Origin: Geosiphon pyriformis uo1 | Taxonomy: Eukaryota > Fungi > Glomeromycota | NCBI GenBank assembly: GCA_016748015.1 | Contig: JAAOMT010000627.1 | Span: 186,001-250,000 of the forward strand | Direction of reading: 5' to 3' | Length of the DNA: 64,000 nt | Part shown: in pieces, positions 12,296 through 24,826 of the stretch | Layout of the letters: the number at the start of each line of letters is the position of its first letter | Position numbering within the stretch: the stretch's first letter is position 1 | Notes under the pieces: generated by a model | What the model was told of the DNA's origin: nothing | What the model saw: the letters and a program-made list of their open reading frames with translations, nothing else | Database searches by the model: none | Translations under genes and position numbers: made by a program

Positions 12296-12305
12296 AAGGA
12301 GGGAA
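12294..12305 (+). promoter_or_regulatory. Polypurine tract of copy B
   Basis: AAAAGGAGGGAA, 3 nt before the 3' LTR. Confidence 0.85.
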
Positions 12306-12308
12306 TAA

Positions 12309-13182
12309 TGTTACTTATAGAAATATAGGAATTATATTAGCATAATTATTAGCCAATCAGAAGTAAGTGTAGTAAATGTGGAATTCCAGGATTCCTCTCA
12401 GGAATTGCAGGATTTCAGGAATTTCAGGATTCCCAACAAAGAATTGCAGGATTCCAGAATTCTAGGATTCCTTTCAAAAGAATCGCAGGATCCCAGGAAT
12501 TCCAAGATTCCTGTTGTAAAGAATCGAGGAATTGAGAAATTTCAATTATGTATATATAGTAGTAGTGTTAGAAACAGAAAAAACAGAATCGATACCACAG
12601 AATTCTTAGCCAAGAAACTAATCATCAAATAAATAATCATTCTATATCTCAATTCACTCTCCACTATCAACACTTCATGTTGAGAGTAATTGATACTTAA
12701 CCATGCTGGAACAATAGCTCTTGATCACAGCTATTGACGAGATACTAACAGACCAAATTGCCTTGGCTTATTTTCTTTACTTTCTTTATTTTTATTTTTC
12801 TTTATTTTATTTTCTTTCGTTCTTTGATTTTGTTGTTGTATACTAATTGAGTAAAAGATTAAGTGCTGAGTTATTGACATCAAGAATAGCCTGGTAAAAG
12901 ACCCAGAAATAAGGATAGGATTTTATATATATTATTGGATAGCTTACCAGAAGAGCATGACTACCAGACTAAATTCGGCCACCACGCTAAGAAAGAAATT
13001 GGGAAAACTCTTGGAAAGATACATCTACTATTAACACCATTGAATCTCTGTTCATTATACAAAGGACTCAACCAAAACCTTCAGATACTAAAACTTCAGA
13101 TCAATATCAACTGCAATTAGCTTTGAGCCCTAAGTTACGGATTTGTTATTTGATTTGACAACAGAAATAATCACCTGTAATA
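12309..13182 (+). repeat. 3' LTR of copy B (874 bp)
   Basis: Matches 3049-3893 apart from mostly transitions and ~29 bp of extra array; terminal CA decayed to TA. Confidence 0.95.
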
Positions 13183-16100
13183 ATACATTCATTGATGACA
13201 ATTTCTTGTCACAATCAATGCATACCAGTTTTGGTTGGCAATAAATGGATCATTGAGTAGTGTATAAATTATAAGTGGTAGTGTTGTTGGTTGTTGGTTC
13301 TTTTTCCTTCTCCTTTTCTTTTCCCTTTTTATCTTCTTCTTACTTCCAATTTATTAGTTCTTCCTGGTCATTATCAATTTTTCAGACTTGGTTAGTGTTC
13401 CAAGTAAGTTCTTCCTTCTGCTTTCCTTTGTTGTTGTCATCCCAGGAGAGTATTGGTGGCAACTTGTTGTGGTCTTCATCAGTCCAGGAGACTTGGTAGG
13501 CTTCTCAGGTAGGTTTCTCTTTTTCTTCTTCAAATTCGATAAGTGGAGCTGATAACATGATGATGAGTTTAAAGTGTCTACACGTGGTTGGTACTTGTGT
13601 GTATTGGCCATTTTGGCTGAATTGGAGCTCCTGTATTGTCCAGTTAAGTATAGTGTTGGTTTTAGATAACCAATCATTTCCTACTAATGCCTGATATTGG
13701 GTTGCTTCTATCACTAGGACTTTGATGGGAATGATGAAGCTATTGACTTCAAAAGAAAAGTCATCAATTTCGCCAATAGGAGTTTTGGTTGCCCCATCAG
13801 CAATGATTATGTGAGCACTAACAGCATGATCAACTCAGTGACCTAATTGGTCCATAAGTTGACATGTAATTATGCTGCCAGCTGATCTGCTGTCTAGTAT
13901 CAATTTAATGACATGACCATCAACTTTTGCATCAGTGTACATGGTGGTAATTGGTTTGGTGTTGAAAGCAGCTCTACTGAATAATAGAACATGTGTGGTT
14001 TCCTCAAATTCAAAGGGAAAAATAGCCACTAAAGATTTATCATTAAAGATGATTGCTGGTGGAATATTGCTGGTAAGTATTGATTGTTGGTTGGTTTCCG
14101 GATTATTGGGTTGGGCATCTTCTGGAATAACCAAGAGACTTAAATAGTTCTGGGAACTTGGGTTTTGAGTATACCCAGTTCCTGAACTCTGCTGTCATGA
14201 TCCTGACAGCTGGTTGGATGAACTGGGAATTGGTTGGTGAATAATCATTGCTGATCTCCAGTTTTGACTGACTCTTGATCTGGAATTTCCTAATGTTATT
14301 TGAGCTGGGTTTGATGGTGGTGTTTGAACTGCGGGTGTCTAATATATTATTTGTGGCTGCAGTAGTTGATATATTACTGGTGGCTGCAGTTGATAAACTG
14401 GAGGTTGATATACAGAAGATTGATATATTGGTTGTTGTGTCATTGACAGATAAGTCAGTTGATATGGTGCTGGGTTGGATTGGTAATTCAGAGTTGAAAA
14501 CTGGCAATCAGGGTTTTAATATTAATTTCCTAATTGTTGGTTATCTATTCTTAACCTACAGTCAATCCTTAAATGTTCTTGTTTACTACAGTAGTAGCAA
14601 ACATGCATCTTCTGTTGCCACTGTTGATTGGTCAAAGAAGATAGACGCGACTAATTCTGGAAACAATTCATGTTTCCTTGGATATTATATCATTGGAGTG
14701 ACTGATAAATTGTGCGATTGTCAGCTAAGTACCCTTCAAGCTTCTGGTTAATGGAATCACTGAATTGTTTCAATTTAAAATCCAATTCAGATGATCTATT
14801 TATCACTAGATTTACAGTTTGATTATGATTAGCTTTGAGTTCAGCTGTTTCAAAATCTCTGGCATTGGTAACTGCAACTTGAAGGTCTACTGGATGCATT
14901 GGATGTATGTGTTGGAGAATGCTACTGCACAGACCTCTAATAAATTGGTTTAGGATTTGTGGCGCTGTAAAATAGTTAGTCTGAATTGCTTGAATTTGGT
15001 GCAAATTCCTATGGAAGTGTCCTAGCTATGTTGTGACCACTTCATTTTTTTCTTGTTTAATAGTAGTGAAGGTGTTTGCTAGCCTGTTAATGCTGTTGTT
15101 ATTGCTAAAATATTTTAAGAACTCAATTTTAAATGCATTGAAATCTTGGGATTTGTTGACCAGGCTTTGGTACTATGAATTGGCAGTATTTTGGAGAAAA
15201 TATGGGATGGCTTGCATGGCTCTAGTGTCATTCCATCCATTAGTCACAATGGCTTTTTCTACATCGTTAAGCAATACTTGGGCATCATTCTTTTTGCCAG
15301 TAAATTTTTCTATTTTGGCAATTGGAGTGTAAGCCATTGGTTGTTGTTGTGGTTGCTACTGAATTTGTTGTTAAGGTAGCAGTTATGGCTGTTGTTGTTG
15401 TTTAGCATTTGGTAAAGCTAATAGTAGATTGATCATAATTACTGAAGATAAGTGTTGTTGATTATTAATGTTAGAATTTTGATTGTTCTGATTGTACTGC
15501 ATTTGAAAATTCGGAGTTTTGATTTCTGGATTTTCTAAAGTTGGATTTTGTTGAGTTTGAAAGTTTGGAGTTTCAATTTCTAAGTTTTCCATGATCGGGT
15601 TTTGGTAAGTAAATTCTTGATCTTCAGATTCTTCTTTCTCTTCTTCTTGTTCTTCTCCTAAATCTGTTACTTTCCAGGAACTTGCGGTTCTGAAATCTGG
15701 TTGAGGTAGTGAAGATCGAAGTCCTGATGGCATTGGCAATTGTGACTTAAATTCTTTGAAATATGTGCTGTATGGTCCTAAAAGATCTTCTTTCCTTTGT
15801 TTACTCTGAAATGGAAATTGTCCAAAGGTTGATGTCACATGTAATGTGGACATGCCTGTTGCTGTAATATTGATGGCACTTCTGGGTGTATAGTAATATG
15901 ATGGTTTTGTTGGTGATTTGACTCTAGTTTTTTTCCAAGTAGGTGGTTGTATCTTTTGAGGTGTTACTGCTGGTGTTTGTAATTTTTCTTTGCCTTTGTT
16001 TGCATAAGTAATTGGATATCTTTGTTGAGTGTGAATTTCAATTTTTTTATTGATTTTAGTAAAAATTGCTGTGAAATTGTAATTTGTTGGTAGGCTAGTA

Positions 16101-16375
16101 TTCTAGATTAATTCATTGTAGAAGTTTTCTCTGGCTGAGTCGGTTTCCACTGGTACTCCTAATAAATATGAGATTCTCTTGTTAACATAAAAATTGAAAG
16201 CTGATTCTGCTGATAAGTGATTGTCGGTTAATTCTAAATGTTAACAGTAGTGTTGGAATAAGGATTTTGTGAATCTTAGATGGTTTGTCCTTGTTTTTTT
16301 GGATTCTGCCACTGTTTAAATTAGTGTTTTTGGTGCTGGTTCTCTGTAAGATTATATCTCACAGGGAGCACCAAA

Positions 16376-17271
16376 TGTTACAGATGATTATTTGGGGTTT
16401 TAAATCAAATAACAAATTCATAACTTGGTGCTTGGTTGGTTTTCTGGTGTTAATATCTGAAGATTTTGGTGTGGAGTTCTTTGTATAATGAACAGAGATT
16501 TAGTTGATGGTTTTTATCTATAGCTTCCTGAAACCACAGTTTTGTCAAATTTTTTTCTTAGCGTGGTGGCCGGTAATTCTTCTGGTAAGCTATTCTCAAA
16601 TCTATGAGTGTTCTACCCTTATTTCACAGGTCTTTTACCAGTCCCTATGACATCTGTAACTCAGTGCTTAATCCTTAATCAATTTAGTAAAACCAAAGAA
16701 ATAACAAAAGAAATGAAAGAAAATAAAAGAAACTAAAAGAAAATAAAGAAACAAGTAAAAGCAATTGCAAGTTAGTATCCCATCAATAGCCATGATCAAG
16801 AGCTATTGTTCTAGTGTGGTCAAGTTTCAGTTACTATCAACATGAAGTGTTGATAGTGAAGAGTGGATTGAGATAGTAAATAATTATTTATTGATATTTG
16901 TGAATGGAAGGTTGCTTAGATCAAATCTAAACTGAGATGTCTCTAATAGAAAAATTCTGCTCTTTCTACTTCTAATGCTACCGCTATATATACATAATTG
17001 ATGTTCTATGAGATCACTCATATTCCCAAGTGATGTGCTATGATTTCTTGAGCAATGCTCACATTGCTGAGCAATGTGCCCTAATTTTGTAACATTGCTC
17101 TACATTGCTGAGCAATGTGCCATGTTTTTTGACATTGCTTTACATTACTAAGCAATGTGCCATGATTTCTGTTATTGCTCTACATTGCTGAGCAATGTGC
17201 TCATGTGCTACCTACTATCCACTTATTGGTCCACTATTTTTCTTATATCTGTTTTCTTTTTATGAGTAACA
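16376..17271 (-). repeat. 5' LTR of copy A (896 bp, CACATTGCTGAGCAATGTG-array type)
   Basis: TGTTAC...GTAACA termini on the minus strand with the PBS adjacent; shared blocks with the other LTRs. Confidence 0.93.
17060..17199. repeat. 40-bp-period tandem array of the palindrome CACATTGCT-G-AGCAATGTG in LTR U3
   Basis: Units start at 17060, 17101, 17141 and 17181; related arrays at ~18735-18835, ~20300-20385 and ~29520-29680. Confidence 0.9.
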
Positions 17272-18072
17272 CCAGCTACTAACAGCCACTTTAAAATAAA
17301 TATTACCATTCAATTACCACTAATCAAGTTTAAAAAAGAAAAAAAATCTATTTAGAAAGCCTATTAAGTTTTGTGAATTGATAACAATTACAATAAGCTA
17401 CCACTAATTTTATCTTGGGACAACAAGAGAAAAAAAAAAAAAGAGAACAAACTACAAATTACTATCTTTACAAAAGAAACAAATAATAGTTAACATATTT
17501 TATACTTATTAGAACCAAGGAAAAAACCACCCTATTACTAAAATTTAACACCTACTCAAGAAAAACAAAAACAGTATTTAAAACAATTAAACACTAGACT
17601 CTGTAAATATTGTCTAATTTTCAGTAATTTAAATATTGTAATAATTGTGATCTTATTTACAATCTGTTATTATATAAGATCTATTCAATTCTTAAAGAAA
17701 AAAAATCAATCAGTAAGTACAGTTTGAAATCAGAATTAAAATTCAATCACAATTCAAACTTCAATAATAATGACAATAATAATTCTAATATTATTTATTA
17801 TAATAACAATAATAATAATAATTCAAACTCTAATTACAATTCTAAATAATATATCACATTTTCAGATCTTTAAAAGACCAGAAACTTAAATAGTTTAGCA
17901 ATAATAATAAAAGTATTATGTCAGAATGTATGCATAATACTAATACAAAGTTTAATCTCAGATATTCCAAAAAACTACCATTAAATTAGAATTTTACTTA
18001 TATATCAGTATAAATTTAAGAGATTTAAGAAATCTTGACAGAACTTAATATTAAAAAAAAAATTTTATTCAT

Positions 18073-18924
18073 TGTTACAGGTGATTATTTAGGGTCTCAA
18101 ATCAAATAACAAACCCATAACTTGGTGCTTAATAGCTGTTATGTTTGGTAGTATCTGAAGGTTTTGGTTAAGTTTTTTGTATAATAGACAGAGATTTAAT
18201 GATTGTTTTATTAGTAGTCTCCCAGAATTGCAATTCTGTCAAATTTCTTTTTTAGTGTGGTGGCCAGTAATCTTCTGGTAAGTAATTCTTAAATTCAAGT
18301 ATTTACTCTCTTACAGAGATCTTTTATCAGACAATCCTTAATGTCAATAATTCAGTACTTAATTCTTAATCAATTAATCAACAACAAAAAATAAAATACA
18401 AAAGAAAAATAAAAAAATAAAATGTAAGCCAAGGCAATAAAGTTAATATTTCATCATGATCAAGAACTATTATTTCAGCATAATTAAGTATTCAATACTA
18501 TCAACATAAAGTATTAATAATGAGGAAAGTAATTTAGATGGTAAATAATTATTTATTGATATTGATAATTTTAATAGAGATGTGGTAATAGGAAAGTATT
18601 AGTAATTCTTCTCTCTTGAGAATTCTAATAATTATGACCTGTAAGTCCAATTGACTCTAAAAGTCTATTTGACTAATTTTCTAGTTTTTGATACTATTAC
18701 TATATATATATAATTTATGTTATACAAAATTCTGCACATTTATAAGCAATGTGTCTGTAATTTCTAATAATATGCACATTGCTGAGCAATGTGCTGTGAT
18801 TTTCTGACAATACTTCATATTGCTGAGCAATATGCTTACATGCTAAATATTATTTTTTTATTGGTTTATTTTTCTTATTCATTTTTTTTACTATTTTTCT
18901 TGTATTCTTTTTCTATGAGTAATA
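18073..18924 (-). mobile_element. Solo LTR E (palindrome-array type)
   Basis: TGTTACA...TATGAGTAATA with no PBS or PPT adjacent; TSD TCAT (18069-18072) / TTAT (18925-18928). Confidence 0.88.
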
Positions 18925-19678
18925 TTATAGAAATTAGAAATTATAATAATAGATAAAATAATCAATCAGAAATAGGCATAGTAAAAAAAAGAATTACAAG
19001 ATTTTTTTTAAGAAATTACAAGATTCCAGAATTTTAGAATTCCGGAATTTCTCTCAAGAAATTGCAAGATTTCAGAATTTTTTTTAAAGGAATTGAAAAA
19101 TTTCAAGAAATTTTATATAACATAAATTATATATATATATAATAAAAGCATTAAAAACAGAATTCAATACAATAGAATTTAATGAAGTTCAGATTAATTT
19201 AAAACAACAATACTTTTCTTTTTAAAAAATAGTTTTTTATAACTTAAAGTAGAATTATTCTTATATTAATAAAATTATTTATTATCATTAAATTTATGTT
19301 TTTATTACTTGATTAAAGAAATATTAATTCATTTTACTCTATTGACAGGATACTAATTTTTTATTTTTTTTTATTTTTTTTATTTTGTTTTGTTTTGTTT
19401 TATTTTGTTTTTTATTATTAACTAATTAATTAAAAAAATTAAACACTAAGTATTTAACATTAAGAATAGTCTGGTAAAAAACTTGAGAACAAAGATAAAA
19501 ATTTAAGAATAACTTATTAGAAAAACATAACTGCCAAAATAAACCAGTCATTATGTTAAAAAAAATTTTTACAAAAGAAACCATTAATTAAATCTCTGTC
19601 TATTATACAAAAGACTTAATCAAAACCTTTAAACTCCAAAACCTTTAGAAATTACCAATATTTTTAGCTATTAAACAC

Positions 19679-20452
19679 TGTTACAAGTGATTATTTGAGA
19701 TCTTAAATCAAATAATAAACCTGTAACTTGGTGCTCAAAGAGCTGTTTGCAGTGAATAGTAATTTGAAGATTTTGTAGTCTGAAGGTTTTGTTGGAGTCC
19801 TTTGTATAATGAACAGAAATTCAATAGTTGTTTTATTCATAGCTTTTCAGAATCGCAATTCTGTCAATTTTTCTTTCAGCATAGTAGCTGGCAATCCTCT
19901 GGTAAGTATTCTGTATCTACTGTATATGTCCTACTTACTTGCAGGAGTCTTTTACCAGGCAATCCTTGATGTTAGTAATTCAGTGCTTTAATCCTTAATC
20001 AGTTAGTATTTAACACAAAAAATTACAGAAGAAAGAAAATAAAAGAAAATAAAGAAATAAGCCAAGGCAATGTGCAAGTTAGTATCTTATCAATAGCTAT
20101 AATCAAGAGCTATTGTTCCAGCATAGTTAAGTATCAACTACTATCAACATGAAGTGTTGATAGTAGAAAGTGAATTTGGATAGTAGATGATTTATTTATT
20201 TAATATTTGGTGGATGGGAGATTTCTAACTAAAAGATTCTTCTTTTTTTTACTTTTAATGCTACTGCTATATATACATAATTGATGTTCTATGAGATTGC
20301 TCACATTTCTGAGCAATGTGCTATAATTTCTTAAGCAATGTGTTATGCTTTCTAATATTGCTCTATATTGCTGAACAATATGCTCACATGCTAAATACTA
20401 TTTTCTTATTGGTCTGCTATTTTCTATATCTGTTTTCTTTTTATGAGTAACA
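19679..20452 (-). repeat. 3' LTR of copy D (774 bp)
   Basis: LTR termini with adjacent PPT; pairs with 28897-29750. Confidence 0.93.
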
Positions 20453-20465
20453 TTATCTTCTTCTT

Positions 20466-21101
20466 TTAATATTGAGCTCCGTCAAAATTTTTGTTTTGAA
20501 TTAATTCTAATACTTCTTTTTCAAGTATTGTTTGTTCGACTCTGTTTTTCATGTTTTCTACTTGTGTATTGTTTATTTTTCCCTATTGGTTAATGGTTAT
20601 GGTCTCCATGTCAAAATGTAACAGTATTTCTGGATAGTTTTGAAATATGTTGTGTAGTCGATAAATTGTTCTTACATGTAGTGTTGAGTTCATCCTTTTC
20701 CCAATAAACTCTTCAATTTGCTGTATTATGTTTTGGTTAAATACTCTTTTGGGTTTGTTGATATACAACTCTTGAATATTTAACTCTTGACCTAGCTGAT
20801 AGTAACAGTATGATATTGGAAGTTGTTTTGTCCATTGCTTTTAATTTTCTTTTGTAAGTTTTTCTGTTGGTGTCATAATAGATATTTTCCCAAAAGTGTT
20901 CTTCACTTTTTTTATTAAGTTATCTGTCCAGTTTTTATTATTCTTTGGTGGCCGCTAATATGGTGTATTCTTTGTCTTTCTTTTTGTGTTTTGATAGCAA
21001 ATTGTTTGGTTGTTAATAACAAAATCCATGTCTAACTGTTGTTGACTTAGTGTCTAAGACAGTTGTTGAACTATAGTGTGAATGTGATCTGGTATTTCCA
21101 T
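20466..21101 (-). pseudogene. Copy D accessory ORF3 (ATG 21101 to TAA 20466, 212 codons, a few premature stops)
   Basis: MEIPDHIHTIVQQL...FDGAQY*; ATG and final stop are in the same frame; homologous to B 11665-12295. Confidence 0.7.
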
Positions 21102-23791
21102 TTTTCTTGGTTGCCTTTGTCACATGTACTGTGTCTTTATATACTCTTTTGGTTGTTCAATTTAATGTGTTTGGTTCAATAACTATAATTGGTTTCAGAT
21201 TTCATAGAATCTCATCTGGTTGAACTATTATTCTTTGTACTCCCAACTGTGGAATAGTATTGGTAGATAATAATGCTATCTGGTGATATGATTTTAGTCA
21301 ATCACCATGTGCTGCTTTGGCTAAAATTTTGTTGTTCCATCTTAATTTATAAGCTTCATTTCCTAGAATTTCTTCTATGTGAAATGGTCTATCTCATTTG
21401 GGGTCAAATATTCTATTCCATTGTTTTTCCACTTTGGTACAATGTAGAAGTACTTTGTCTCCAATCTTAAATTCAACTGGTTTATTTGGTAATTGGTTAT
21501 TGTGTCATTTTTTTTGCTTTTCTTGAGATTTTTTAATGTTATTAGCTGCTTTTCATCATTTGTTTTCTAGTGTTTTCATTAGGTCATATGTTCTTTTCAA
21601 CAATGTTTCTTGGAAATTAGCTTCTGTTATTGGTTCTATTGGATATGTGCTGATCTCTCTCTCAACTAGTAATGTTGCTGTCCTACCATATACCAATTTA
21701 AATGATGTTGCTTGTGTAGTATCTTGTTTTATTGTCAGATAAGCAAATAATACTGATGGTATAAATAAATCTCATTTGTCTTGGTTTTCTTGGCTGAGTT
21801 TGGTGATTGCTTCACACAATTTTCTATTAAATCTTTCAACTAAACCGTTTGTTTGTGGATGATATGGTGATGATAATGGTCTTTTAATTCCGAATCTTTG
21901 GCTCAATTTTGCTAGTGTTCTGTTTACAAAGTGAGTTCATTGGTTTAATAATAATTCTTTTAGACATCCATGTTGACAAATCAAGTCTTGATGAACAAAT
22001 TTGGCAATGAATTCTGTATCCACTCTTTGAATTGCTTTTGCTTCTGGCTATTTAGTAAGATAGTCTATGGCTATTCCAATATATCTATTTCTTCTACTGG
22101 TGATTGTTAATGGTCTGACTAAATCAATTCCAATATGATCAAATGGTTGTCCCACTTTGATTGGTTTTAATGGTTCACTGGGTTTTGTTCCTCCTTTTCT
22201 TTAATAAGCATCACAGTTCTAGACATATTGGATGATGTCTGAATATATTGATGGCCAATAGTATCTTTTTCTGGTCTTTTTCATGGTTGTTTTTTTGTGG
22301 AAATGTTCTGCTGTTGGATCTGAGTGCATGTTGAACAGTATTGTTTCTTTCTTTGGTTCTGTAACTACTCTGGTTGGTTGGTCTGGATTTTGTCTATTCT
22401 TCTGGTAAAATATATTTTGATGATTGATAAAATATTTTGATTGTTGCTTGATGCTATTTCGTTCATTTTGAGATAATTTTTCCTTGAACTGTTGGGTAAT
22501 TATATAGTGTTGAAGCTGTTGGTATTTTTGTGTGTTCATCTTTTGTTATATTTTTATTGGGTTTGGTTTGGTTTTGTTATATTTTTGGGTTGTAATGTTT
22601 TTAGATTTGTCTTATTCATTATAAACCATCAGCATTTCCATTGTCTTTTTTCTTTTTATAATGTATAGTGTAAGTATATGATGATAGTGCCATTTTCTAT
22701 CTTAATTGTCTTCCATCTCCAAATTTCTGTTTATAAAGTACTATTAATTCTTTGTGGCCTGTGTATATATCAAACTTCTGGCTCAAGTATTCACTTCATT
22801 TTATGACTGCCCAATAAATTGCTAAATGTTCTAATTCTGGTGTTCCATAATTTCTTTCAGCTGGAGTTAAAACTCAGCTGGCATATGTGACTAGATGTTC
22901 TTTTCCATCCAGTCCTCTCTGTGATAGTACTGCTTCCAATGCTTGGCCTAATGCATTGGTGGTAATGATAAATGGTTTATTGTGATTTAAATAGATCAGT
23001 ACTGGAGCTTGTATAAGCTTTCTTCTTAGAATATCAAAAGCTTCTTGTTGTGCTTCTGTCCATTCATATTTCACATTCTTGGTTTGGAGATGATTGAGTG
23101 GTTGGGCTATTTTGGAAAAGTTTTTGATAAAGCATCAATAATAGCCTGCAAATCCCAAGAATGACTTTAATTCTGCCACATTAGTTGGTACTGAAAAGTT
23201 CTTAACTATCTCTATCTTTTCTGGATCCATTTTGATGCCGTCTTTGCTTACTATGTGTCCTAAAAAGTTTAATTCTGTCTTGTCAAAGAAGCACTTATTG
23301 GCGTTTAACTTTAGCTCTGCCCATCATAGTCTTTCAAACACTTGTTGTAAATGATGCAAATAATCATCGAATGTTTTGGAGAACACATTGGTATCATCTA
23401 AATAAACAACTACTGATTTCTACAATAAGCCAATATATACTATTTCTATTAGCTGCTGGAATGTGGCTGGAGCATTTGTTAAACCAAATGGCATCACTTC
23501 GAATTCAAAATTTCCCTCCTGTGTTGTGAATGCAGTTTTTTCTTTGTTCACTGGATCCATGGCTACTTGCCAGTAACCACTATTTAAATTCAATGTTAAG
23601 AACCATTTGTTTCCCCCAAAAGCATCAAATAATTCCTGAATTTATGGAGTTGGATAGCTGTCTCTATGCGTGACTTCATTAAGCTTCCTGTAGTCCACAC
23701 AAAAGCAGATTTTCCCATTCTTTTTCCAGACGAGTACTACTGGTAATAACCATGGGCTTATTAATAGCTGAATTAATCTATTGTCAAGCAT

Positions 23792-24826
23792 CTAATTGGT
23801 TTTTTGACAAATGATTTCATGGCTGGCTGGTGGTACTCTGTATGCTCGTTGTTTTATTGGCATAGCATCTCCAGTTTTGATTTGGTGTTGAATGATGTTA
23901 GTTCTGCCAAATTTGTTTTTGCTAGTGAAGATATCATTGAAGTTGTTGAGCAATATCTTCAGCTGTATGCATTGAAGTGGGTCTAGATTTCCCATGTTCA
24001 TTTGTTCCAATTGTTCTGGTTGGAGCAAATAACATTTATTTTGTCCATATATTGTTTGTAATGTGATGTCAACATATTCACAAAGCTGTGGAAAATCTGG
24101 AATAATGCTTGGTGGTGGATTTTCTAATTCAGTGCTCATGTATTCAATGATGATTCCCTCTGGTATTATGATGGCATCTTCTGTTGTGTTGTAAATAGGA
24201 ATTTTGATATGGTTGTGGCTTTTGGCTAGTATGTGGAGATTAATGGGTCCAATCTCTCCTGATTCACAAAGGCTTGTTTCTGCTTCAAAAATCTGATCCT
24301 TATCTTTCACTTTTTTCTCTATAACTACCATGTACTGGTCATATGGTGGAATGGAAATTACTTGACCAGTTGAGATAATTTCTTCTTGGCCAATAATTTC
24401 TTCTTCTGCCATATTAACTGGTACATCTATTCTACTCATGGATCTGAATCCCTGTATTCCTCTAGCAGTTATTCTTAATTTTTTCCTTTTTCCTATTGAT
24501 ACTAACTGAGCTATTCTAACCAGAGACAGGAATATTGCCTGTGCTATCTTTTTATTTGGTTCTATAATATAGATCTTTTCTGAGTCATTTTGTAGCATTG
24601 TCATAATATTTCCCACATATCTGGTGTCGATTATTCTTTCTCTTATAGTAATCCCTCTTTTTGCTAAACTACTTCTGGAAGCTAGTTGAACCATGGTTGT
24701 TGCTGGTATTTCCAATGCTATTTTCAGATTGATACAGGTGTGTAAATGTGGCTCTAATTTGATGGTATCTTTCCCTGAATACCTCAGATCAAACCCGGCA
24801 TCAGTATCATGAACATGTTCTGGCAT
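23792..24826 (-). pseudogene. dut: Copy D dUTPase, dUTPase-like domain and RT N-terminus (longest open pol segment in D)
   Basis: AGFDLRY, SRSSL, IIDTRYVG, KIAQ, ARGIQGFRS. Confidence 0.9.

Larger units (their letters stand above)
3049..13182 (+). mobile_element. Ty3/Gypsy LTR retrotransposon copy B, full length (10,134 bp), nested in copy A
   Basis: Paired LTRs with TGTTAC...GTAACA termini, PBS, PPT, 4-bp TSD ATGC (3045-3048) / ATAC (13183-13186), and the complete gag-PR-dUT-RT-RH-IN domain order. Confidence 0.96.
1..17271 (-). mobile_element. Ty3/Gypsy LTR retrotransposon copy A (dUTPase-bearing family), decayed; runs off the left edge; interrupted by copy B at 3049-13186
   Basis: 5' LTR 16376-17271, PBS, Gag (14690-15330), protease LILDSRSAGS (~13880), dUTPase (~1830-2225), RT and RNase H fragments (210-1367). 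The sequences either side of B rejoin into a continuous pol region homologous to B 7061-7110. Confidence 0.93.

Noticed and set aside
3049-13182. Endogenous retrovirus or caulimovirus, suggested by dUTPase plus an extra 3' ORF
   Set aside because: RT, RH and IN are Ty3/Gypsy-like with a GPF module; ORF3 lacks a signal peptide or TM segment; no movement protein.
17060-17199. CRISPR-like palindromic repeats at regular spacing
   Set aside because: The 'spacers' are near-identical to each other, the array lies inside eukaryotic LTR U3, and there are no cas genes.
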